Notes under the pieces: generated by a model
Told to the model about the DNA's origin: nothing
What the model saw: the letters and a program-made list of their open reading frames with translations, nothing else
Databases searched by the model: none
Translations under genes and position numbers: made by a program
Assembly: GCA_014905635.1 (NCBI GenBank)
Contig: CM026547.1
Location: forward strand, 3,720,001-3,784,000
Length of the DNA: 64,000 nt
Origin: Scenedesmus sp. PABB004
Lineage: Eukaryota
Direction: 5' to 3'
Part shown: piece after piece, positions 36,574 to 46,198 of the stretch
Layout: every line of letters starts with the position of its first letter
Position numbering within the stretch: position 1 is the stretch's first letter

Positions 36574-38070
36574 ATGACTGTCCAGATGCAGCGCCGCTGG
36601 CGGCGCGCCGCGCAGGTCACTGCGCTGGCGCTGCTCTCCGCGCTGGCGGCAACCGTGGGCGCCGCCGGCGGCGAGCCCGAGGCCGACCGCGTGGACGTGT
36701 GGGTGCAGCTCATCATCAAGGCGCCCGACGGAGGCCTTTGCACGCGCGGCGCAGCGACGCAGGCCAGCGCGGCAGCGGCGCTGCGCGGCGCGCTCGCGGC
36801 CGACGCAGCGGCCACGCTCGCGGGTGCGGTCACCGCGGGCTGCACCTGGCGCTCCGCGCGCAAGGTCGTGCTGCTCACGGTCAAGCTGACCTACTACGGC
36901 CCACTGGCGGTGCGGGCCCGCTTCATGCGTGCCGTGCGCGCCAGCGCCACCGCGGTGTGCGGCCTGCCCGGCGGCGTGTGCGACGTCGTCAGTTCTGGCG
37001 CTGCAGGCGCCAGCGTGGTGGGCGCGAACGCGTCTTCCAAGCCCCCCGGTGGGTGGGCGCGCGCACGGCCGGCTGCACTGCCTGGCTGCCCGCCGCGGCG
37101 CGCCTGGCGCGCCGCGCCGCGCCGCTGACCCTGGCCCACGGTGCGCGCCCGTAGCCGCGTCGCGCAACTGCACGGGCCCACCACCGACGCCGCCCTATGC
37201 CAAACCGTTTTTGTTCTGCACCGGCATCCAGCTGCCCGGCACCTCGTGCTTCTCAGAGTGCCTTGCCGGGCACCCCAATTATCCAGGCATGTCATACTTC
37301 ATCACCGCAGCCTGTGCCACCAACGGGGAGTGGGAGCTGCAGACTGGCCCCGAGCACCCCAGCTGCAGCGCGGCAGGTGCGAGGCGCACCGGCGCGGCGC
37401 GGCGCAGCGGGGGCGGGCCGCGCGGCGAGCGCGCCGCCGCCACGCGCTCGCGCGCGCCCCGCAGCCATGGCAAACTGCACCGACGCGCCTGAGCTGGCGT
37501 ACGCCGACTTGTCTACGTTCTACGTCCTGGACGGCGAGATCGGCGTCCCCTGCAACGGCAGCCGCGTGCCCGGGACGACCTGTAGCGCGTGGTGCGCGGA
37601 GGGTCACCTCGGCAACGGCTACATCGTCGAGTGCTACAACGGCAGCTGGAGGGTGATGGACCATGGCAACGGCACCGCGCTTCCGTCTGGCTGCAGCGCA
37701 GATGGTGGGCGCGCTTCAGCAACGTCCCGCGCCGCGCCGTGCCGCGTGTGAGCGCAAGCGTGGCCTGTTCCGCGCCGCCGCGGCTCCTGCCCAGCCGCGC
37801 GCCCGCGCGCCGCGCGCCTGCCCGCCCGCAGTGCACCCCAACTGCGTCGGCCGGCCGCCGGCGCCGACCGTGCCTGGCGCGTACTGGCCGAAAACCTGCA
37901 CCAACCTCCCCGTCAACGCGGTCTGCTTTGGCTCCTGCAGCGACGGCTACACCGGCTTTGGCTTGCAGGCGCGCTGCGTCGCGGGCGGGCAGTGGGTCAT
38001 GACCACAGACTTCTCAGACATGCCCGACTACGGCTGCACACGTGCGCCGCGTGGGCAGCCGGGTAAGTAG
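36574..38070 (+). CDS. Secreted Cys-rich protein, array copy 1: N-domain plus 3 sushi/CCP-like modules; truncated or short form
   Basis: Signal QVTALALLSALAATVGA; three phase-1 exons with a C..PGT.C...C..G...C..G.W...C pattern. Similarity to copy 2 ends ~38040. Confidence 0.7.
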
Positions 38071-38207
38071 TCTGAATGACTGGTTCACGGCTGCAGGGCG
38101 GGCGGGGTGCAGGCACGTTCGCGGACGCGCGCCCTCGGCAACAAAGCCGGCCGTGCCCAAGTTCACACCGTCGTGATCGGGGACGTCTACCACGCCTACA
38201 AGGCGCT

Positions 38208-38780
38208 GCAGTTCCTGCTGCTGCCGCTGATCTTCCGGCGGCGGCGCGCCAAGTCGGGGCAGCGCAGCGACTGACGCGCGGCCGAGGGAGGGGCGCGCGC
38301 GGGCGCGGGCGGGGTAGGCAGGGCGGGGTAGGCAGGCCGGGCGGGCGGCGGAGCCGTGTGAACTGCGAGCGAGCCCTGCGGCGCGGTCAGGCGGCGGCTG
38401 GCGGCGAGGACGGCCGGCCGTTTCCGTGGCAGCTCCGCCCGCTGCGATGCCCGCGCCCTGCCCCCCGTCGCCCGCCGTGCGTGCTCGTGCGCGAGCTGCA
38501 CGCTCGACGCGGCGTATGAATCAGGAGGCGGGCCACGGGCCCGCACGACAGGGACGGGAGATGACCAGGCGGCCGCGTGCCAAAATCGCGCCCTGCCCAG
38601 GCGCGGCAGCCTCGCTCGCTCACCCGATCTCCTCGTCTGCATCGCCGGTGCCATGACGCGCACTGAGTGGCCTTCGATAGCGCCACCGCCGAAGAGCTCG
38701 TGCCGACACGCGCTCCGACACCTCCGCTCGCAGCCGACGCCACCGTCCCGGGCCCGTCGAGCTCCCGTCCGACACGGCAT
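38208..38780 (+). repeat. Near-identical duplicate of the SGT1 3' end plus the intergenic region (copy of ~36005-36575)
   Basis: ctgccgctgatcttccggcggcggcgcgccaagtcggggcagcgcagcgactga and the following ~500 bp recur at a 2205-bp offset. Confidence 0.92.
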
Positions 38781-41700
38781 GACTGTCCAGATGCAGCGCC
38801 GCTGGCGGCGCGCCGCGCAGGTCACTGCGCTGGCGCTGCTCTCCGCGCTGGCGGCAACCGTGGGCGCCGCCGCCGGCGGCGAGCCCGTGGCTGAGCCCGT
38901 GGCGCTGTGGGTGCAGCTCACCATCAAGGCGCCCGACGGCGGCCTTTGCACGCGCGGCGCAGCGACGCAGGCCAGCGCGGCGGCGGCACTGCGCGACGCG
39001 CTCGCGGCCGACGCGGCGGCCACGCGCGCGGATGCGGTCACCGCGGGCTGCACCTGGCGCTCCGCGCGCAAGGTCGTGCTGCTCACGGTCAAGCTGACCT
39101 ACTACGGCCCACTGGCGGTGCGGGCCCGCTTCATGCGTGCCGTGCGCGCCAGCGCCACCGCGGTGTGCGGCCTGCCCGGCGGCGTGTGCGACGTCGTCAG
39201 TTCTGGCGCTGCAGGCGCCAGCGTGGTGGGCGCGACCGCGTCTCCCAAGCCCTTCACGCCCGTCGGTGGGCGCGCGCGCGGCCGGCTGCGCTGCCTGGCA
39301 CGCCGCCGCGCCGGGCGCGCCGCTGCTGCGCTCCGCTTACCCTGGCCCACCGTGCGCGCCCGCAGCCGCGCCGCGCAACTGCACGGGCCCGCCGCCGGTG
39401 ACGCCACCTTATGCTGGCGCGTTCATTGGCTGCAATGGCACCCGGCTGCCGGGCACCTTGTGCTACGCACCCTGCCTTCCCGGGCACCCCGCGCCGCCTG
39501 GCATGCCAGACTCCGCCTCCGCGCTCTGCGCCACCAGCGGGGAGTGGGAGCTGCAGACTGGCCCCGACCACCCCAGCTGCAGCGCGGCAGGTGCGCGGGG
39601 CACCGGCGCGGCGCGGCGCAGCGGGGGCGGGCCGCGCGGCGAGCGCGCCGCCGCCACGCGCTCGCGCGCGCCCCGCAGCCATGGCAAACTGCACCGACGC
39701 GCCTGAGCTGGCGCACGCCGGCTTGTTCCACACCGTGGCCGGCATGGGCGTCCCCTGCAACGGCACCCGCGCGCCCGGGACGATCTGCGCCGCGGAGTGC
39801 GCGGAGGGGCACCTCGGCAACGGCTACAACGCCAAGTGCTAGGCGGCAGTTGGGCTGTGATCGACTTGAGCAACCGCACCTGGGGGGCGCTTCCGTTTGG
39901 CTGCAGCGCAGAGGGTGGGCGCCCTTCAGCAGCGCCGCGCCGCGCCGCGCCGCGCCGCGCCGCCGCGGCGCCCGCCCAGCCGCGCGCCCGCGCGCCGCGC
40001 GCCTGCCCGCCCGCAGTGCACCCCAACTGCGTCGGCCGGCCGCCAGCGCCGACCGTGCCCGGCGCGTACTGGCCGAGCACCGCCTGCGCCAACACCCCCG
40101 TCAACGCGGTCTGCTACAGCTCCTGCAGCGACGGCTACACCGGCTTTGGTGTGCAGGCGCGCTGCGTCGCGGGCGGGCAGTGGGTCATGATCACAGACCT
40201 CTCAAACGCCCCCAACTACGGCTGCACGGGTGAGCCGCGCCCCCCTTTCCCCTCCCTCCTCTCCTCCTCCCCCGCGCGGCGTGCGCCGCCGCTGGCGCCG
40301 GCGCCCAGCGACGCCCGCGCGCGCCGCGGCCGCAGCCTCCGGCCCGCCCGGCTCCTGCTCGGACCTGCCGACGGCTGGAGCGCCGGGCGCCTACGCCAAC
40401 GCCTGGCCGGTCAGCTGTGCCGGCGCGGCGATCGGCGCCACCTGCAGCACCACGTGCGCGCCAGGCTTTGTTGGGGGCTACACCGCGACCTGCGGCGCCA
40501 GCGGGAAGTGGGTCGGCGTGTCGGGCAGCTGCAGCAGCGGTGCGCGCTCCGGCCTCACGCGGCGGCTGCGGCGGCGCGTGGCTGCGGTGCGCGGCGACAG
40601 GCATGAGAGGCGGCTCACCGCCGCCGCCCCGCCCGGCGCCGCAGAGCCGCTGAGGCTCAACTGCACCAGCGTCCCCACCGACAGCGCCGCGATGCGCGCC
40701 GCGGGCGTCTCCTTTGCTTCGGCGGGCTGCGCCGGCAGCCCCGCCGGCTTTGTGTGCACCGTGCCATGCACAGGCCCCGGCCAGTCTGGCAGCTGGACCT
40801 CAGCCTGCCTCCCGACCGGGAAGTGGGGCGCCGCGCAGGGCAGCTGCACCCAGGGTGAGAGCGGCGTGTCTGTGCGCCGCGGCGCGGCGCCGCCCGACCG
40901 CGCGCGGCTCACCCCGCTCGGCCGCCTGCCCTGCGCGCCTCAGCGGGGCCGATCTATCGAGTGATGGTGTACGACGCCCGCTCGATGGACCAGGGCGGCG
41001 GGTACAAGCTCTGGCGGAGCACGGCCGGCGTCACCGGCACGTTTGCCGAGACCGCGCCCCCGGCGGTGGGCGGCGGCGATGTCCGCTGGGCGGGCAGCAG
41101 CAACCTGCAGACGCAGGTCGTCGCGCGGGCCACCCAACCACACTACGGCATCGTCGACAATATAGGGTCGTCGCTGCCCCTGCTCTCCGCCGACGGCGGC
41201 TCCGTGTGGCTCAACACGACCGGTCCCACCTTGCCTGTGGATGCCACCTTTGTAGCGCTCGCGTCGTCGCGGGGTGAGCGGCGCGCGTGCAGGCCGGCTC
41301 ACGGCGGCACGCGCTGTGCGGGGCGGGTGTGGGGCGAGGGCACGCCATGTGCGCCGCTCACGCCGCGACGCCCGGGCGCAGACGGCTCCCGCGTCGTGGG
41401 CGTGACAGCACCGGTGTTGCGGAACGGCGTCGTGGTGCAAGCCGGGGCCGTGACGGCGCTGAGCCCCAGCGCCGGCGCGTGGGTGGACATCACCCCCTGG
41501 CTGGCCCCCGTCAGGTGGCGCTCCGTCGCCTGCGACGCCGCGTGCGACACGATCTACCTCGCTCCCTCCAGCTCCACCCCGGACGGCACCGCCCTGGTCG
41601 ACCAGCTCTACAGGTCCTCCGACGGCGGACGCACGTTTGCCAAGTTTGGCGACGCCAAGCTCTGGGCATACGTCGCCTCCAACCACGACGGTGGGCTGCC

Positions 41701-42327
41701 AGTTGGGCGCGCTGTGCACGCGCAGCTGCCGCTCGCTTTGGCGCGCGCGCCGCTCACGCGCGCGCCGCTCACGCGCGCGCCGCGGCGGCGCCGCTCGCCG
41801 CGCCTGCAGGCACGCGGCTGCTGGCGTCCACCAGCGAGCCTGCCACGTACGTCTCCAGCGACAGCGGCGCCACGTGGACCAAGGTCAGTAGCCTTGCCAC
41901 GTGGAGCAGCTTTGGCGACTGCGCCATCGCGGCGCTGGCCATCGACGGCACGGGCTCGCACATGCTGGCCAGCACCGTGTGGTGCACGGGCGGGTCTGGT
42001 CGCTGCCCGGTGTGGTCGTCGCGCGACGGCGGCGCCAGCTGGGAGGTGCGCTACAACCTGAGCTGCTCGGCCCCGGGCATCCACCACATGGCCATCAGCG
42101 GGAGCGGGGAGGTGCAGCTGTTTGCCATGGGCAGCACGTTTTACTACTCGGAGGACTACGGCGCGACGTGGCAGTCGCGCTGGGTTGGGCCCGACATCAA
42201 CAACGCTCTCGCGCTCCGCATCAGCGACGTGTGCGACGCCTGCGCCAACGGCAGCTGCGACGCCGGCGGGTGCTGGTGCAACGCCGGCTACGCTTGGAGC
42301 GGCAGCTCGTGCCGCCAGGCGGCCTAG
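38779..42327 (+). CDS. Secreted protein, array copy 2: N-domain, 5 sushi-like modules, Asp-box (BNR) propeller-like region, EGF-like end; one frameshift at ~39840
   Basis: Paralog of copy 1 at a 2205-bp offset. Asp-boxes YRSSDGGRTF, YVSSDSGATW, WSSRDGGASW and YYSEDYGATW; C-terminus CDACANGSCDAGGCWCNAGYAWSGSSC. Confidence 0.75.
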
Positions 42328-42494
42328 CCCCGGCACGGCGGCCGGGCTGCGATCAGCGGAGCGCTCCGTCACGGGTGGAGCGCCGCGGCAGAGCCGTGTC
42401 GACCCCTGCGCGGTGACCAGGGGCTGGCCGGGCTTCAAGGGGCGGCACTACCAGAGCAGCTGCTTGGTGCTGGCGAGCCGCCACCCGCGCCTGC

Positions 42495-42795
42495 GCGGGC
42501 GAGGCGGGCGCGGCGGCGCTGGGGCGCGCGGGCGGCGCGCGGCTGCGCTGCGCCAAGGTGCACCTGCGCCTCGGCGACGCGCGCCCCGGCGCGCCGCGCG
42601 TGAGCACGGCCGGCGCACTGATCCTATGGCTCATCCTGGTGGCCCTGTTCTTCCGGCGGCGGCTGCCGCTGATCTTCCGGCGGCGGCGGCGCGCCAAGTC
42701 CGGGCAGAGCGGCGACTCGCGAGCGGCCGAGGGAGGGGCGCGCGGGAGAGGCGCGCGGGTGAGCGGGCGGGGTAGGCAGGCCGGGCGGGCGGCGG
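42495..42795 (+). pseudogene. Duplicated, degenerate SGT1 last-exon fragment
   Basis: Encodes KVHLRLGDARPGAPRVSTAGALILWLILVALF...RAKSGQSGD, matching ~35850-36150; the stop is mutated. Confidence 0.85.
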
Positions 42796-43243
42796 AGCGA
42801 ACGGCGCCTGACGCGTGCGGCAGCCCTGGCAGCAAGGCTGCTGCCGCCCCGGGCCCGGTTCGGCGGCTGCGGCGCGCGTGTTCTGGCTGGCCGCCGCGCC
42901 AAACGCGAACGCTCTTTGCTGCTGCGATCGCCTGCATGTTTGCGTGCGCACGCATGTGGACAGACCCTGGCAGCGTATGAACGAGCGGGCTGGCCCGCCT
43001 GGCGCAAAACAGGCCGCACGATGACCCGCGCGCAAAATCGGGGCGCGCGCGCTGCTGCGCGCCTAACCCCTCGCTGGCGCCCGCCCGTTGCTCGCCCGCA
43101 ACACCAGTGACACGGAGGGCGCCGACAGCCCCGCCGTCCACGCTCGCACAGCGGACAGAAGCCCCAGCTTCGGTCTGAGCCACCGCCCCGACCTGGCGAG
43201 CGCTTCCACGACCGATCGAGCTCGCCCCCCGACACCCGACAGC

Positions 43244-45406
43244 ATGCCCGTCCACGTGAAGCGCCGCTCGCGGCGCGCCGCGCAGGTCACCGCGCTGGCG
43301 CTGCTCTCCGCGCTGGCGGCAACCGTGGGCGCCGCCGGCGGCAAGCCCGAGGCCGACCCCGTGGCGCTGTGGGTGCAGCTCATCATCAAGGCGCCCGACG
43401 GCGGCCTTTGCTCGGGCGCAGAGACGCAGTACAACGCAGCGGCGGCACTGGGCCAGGCGCTCACGTCCGACCCGATGCTGCAGCCGCGCGTGGAGTTTTA
43501 CGCCACGGACTGCCGCTTGGATTCCGCGCGCAAGGCCGTGCTGCTGACGGTCAAGCTGACCTACCCCGGCCCACTGGCGGTGCGGGCCCGCTTCATGCGT
43601 GCCGTGCGCGCCAGCGCCACCGCGGTGTGCGGCCTGCCCGGCGGCGTGTGCGACGTCATCAGTTCTGGCGTCCAGGGCGCCAGCGTGGTGGGTGCGACCG
43701 CGTCTTCCAAACCCCTCGGTGGGCCGGCGCGTGCACGGCCGGCTGCGCTGCCTGGCACGCCGCCGCGCCGGGCGCACGGCGGCGCGCCGCTGACTCTGGC
43801 CCACCGTGCGCGCCCGCCGACAGGACCGATCCCCTGCACCAGCGCGCCTACCGACAGCGCCGCGATGCGCGCCGCGGGCGTCTCCTTTGCTTCGGCGGGC
43901 TGCGCCGACAGCTGCCCCGGCTTCAAGTGCATCGTGCCATGCACAGGCCCCGGCCAGTCTGGCAGCTGGACCTCGGCCTGCCTCCCGACCGGGAAGTGGG
44001 GCGCTGCGCAGGGCGGCTGCACCCAGAGTGAGAGCGGCGGCGTGCCCGCGCGCCGCGCCGCGGCACCGCCCGACCGCGCGCGGCTCACCTCGCTCGGCCG
44101 CCTGCCCTGCGCGCCTCAGCGGGGCCGGTCAGCCCTCCAGGGCTGTCCTACACGGTCCTGGTGTATGACGCCCGCGCAATGTACCAGGGCGGCGGGTACA
44201 AGCTCTGGCGGAGCACGGCCGGCGTCACCGGCACATTTGCCGAGGTCAAAACGCCGCCGCCGGTGGGCGACGCCAGCATTCGATGGGCGGCCAGCAGCAA
44301 CCTGCAGACGCAGGTCGTCGCGGACACCAACAGCGGCGCGCTGCCCCTGCTCTCCACCGACGGCGGCTCCACGTGGCGCAGGACGACTGGGGTCGACCTG
44401 TCTACCTCCTTCGTTGACACGCTTGCGTCCTCGCGGGGTGAGCCCGCCTTTGCCAGCCCGCTGGCGCGGCGGCCGGCGCGCGGCGCCAGTGGGGCCTGGG
44501 CAGCGCAAGACGCACCACCATGTGCGCCGCGCGCCGCCGCCTGCCTGCCTCGCTCCCAACAACGCTCGGCGACGCGCACGCAGACGGCTCCCGCGCTGTG
44601 GCCGAGGTGATTAATGAGAAAACGATCGGAGACGTGTGGGTGCTGACCACAAGCACCGGCGTGTGGGTGCGGAGGAACCCCCGGCTGGGCGCCTACAAGT
44701 GGTGCTCCGTCGCCTGCGACGCGTCGTGCAACGTGATTTACACCGCCCCCTGCAGCCTCCGGCAACGCTTCGCGCTGGTCAGGTCATCTGACGGCGGAAA
44801 CACCTGGGCCAGCGTCGGCCCAACCATGTTCTGGGAGAGAGTCGTCTCCAACAACGACGGTGACCCTCGGCTGAGCCGAGCGCGCGCCCACCAGCACGCG
44901 CCCAGTCGGGCGTGGTGCAGCTGTCGCTCGCTTTGGCGCGCGCCGCTGACGCGCGTGCCGCGGCGGCGCCGCCCGGCGCGCCTGCAGGCACGCGGCTGCT
45001 GGCGGCCGCCCGCGAGGCCACGTACGTCTCCAGCGACAGCGGCGCCACGTGGGCCAATGTCAGCCGCCTTGCCACGTGGAGCAGCTATGGCGACTGCACC
45101 ATCGCGGCGCTGGCCATCGACGGCACGGGCTCGCACATGCTGGCCAGCACCGTGTGGTGCACGGGCGGGTCTGGTCGCTGCCCGGTGTGGTCGTCGCGCG
45201 ACGGCGGCGCCAGCTGGGAGGTGCGCTACAACCTGAGCTGCTCGGCCCCGGGCATCCACCACATGGCCATCAGCGGGAGCGGGGAGGTGCAGCTGTTTGC
45301 CATGGGCAGCACGTTTTACTACTCGGAGGACTACGGCGCGACGTGGCAGTCGCGCTGGGTTGGGCCCGACATCAACAACGCCGTCTCGCTCCTCATCAGC
45401 GGCTGA
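43244..45406 (+). CDS. Secreted protein, array copy 3: N-domain, 1 sushi-like module, Asp-box region; EGF-like end lost
   Basis: MPVHVKRRSRRAAQVTALALLSAL start; same intron positions as copy 2; last exon nearly identical to copy 2 until DINNA, then stops at LISG*. Confidence 0.75.
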
Positions 45407-45614
45407 CGGCAGCTGCGACGTCGGGGGGCGCTCGCGCTCGTGCCGCCAGCGCACACGGCGGCACGGGCTGCGATCAGCGGAGCGCTCCGTCACGGGTGGA
45501 GCGCCGCGGCAGAGCCGTGTCGACCGCTGCGCGGTGACCAGCGGTCAGGCTTTGAGGGGCGGCAATACCAGAGCAGCTGCTTGGTGCTGGCGAGCCGCCG
45601 CCCACGCCCTCGCT

Positions 45615-45870
45615 CGAGGCGGGCGCGGCGGCGCTGGGGCGCACGGGCGCGGCTGCGGGGCGCCAAGGTGCACCTGCCGCTGCTGCTGCCGCTGCTGCTG
45701 CCGCTGCTGCCGCTGATCTTCCGGCGGCGGCGGCGCGCCAAGTCGGGGCAGAGCGGCGACTCGCGAGCGGCCGAGGGAGGGGCGCGCGCGGGCGCGCGGG
45801 TGCGCGGGCGGGGGCTAAGCAGGCCGGGCGGGCGGCGGAGCCGTGTGACCTGCGAGCGAGCGGCGCCTGA
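45615..45870 (+). pseudogene. Internally deleted SGT1 last-exon fragment
   Basis: Encodes RLRGAKVHL joined directly to PLLLP...PLIFRRRRRAKSGQSGD, followed by SGT1 3' UTR-like sequence. Confidence 0.8.
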
Positions 45871-46198
45871 CGCACGCAGGAGCCCCCGTCGCAGCAGCCC
45901 GGCCGTGGCGGCCGCCGCCCAGACCCGGGCGTCGGCGCGCAACGGCCTGCCCGCCGCCGCCGCCGCCGCCGGCCGCGCCGGCGGGGCGGCCTCTGCACCT
46001 AGTCGTGTTCAACGGGTGCGTTGGCCGCGCCGGAGCCCCTAGCTGACGCGCGCGGGCTCGGGTGCAGGGCCCAGCCGCCGCATCCATCAGCGCGCTCAAC
46101 TCCCCGCCCCCGCTCGCCGCCGCCCTCTTTCCGCTGCGACGCAGGTTAAAGTCGCCTGCCGGCTGTTTACCCGGCTTGGTCCTGCGTCGCGCGCCAAG

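Noticed and set aside
39838..39845. TAG in array copy 2 as stop-codon reassignment or readthrough
   Set aside because: Homology to copy 1 resumes in a different frame (GGSWAVID), so this is a 1-nt deletion. TAG is a normal stop in other genes here.
36574..40230. Diversity-generating retroelement (template/variable repeat pair)
   Set aside because: Differences are not adenine-specific, include indels, and there is no reverse transcriptase in the window.
35850..45870. SGT1-tail direct repeats as LTRs of a retroelement
   Set aside because: The repeats derive from host coding sequence; no gag/pol, transposase or terminal motifs were seen.
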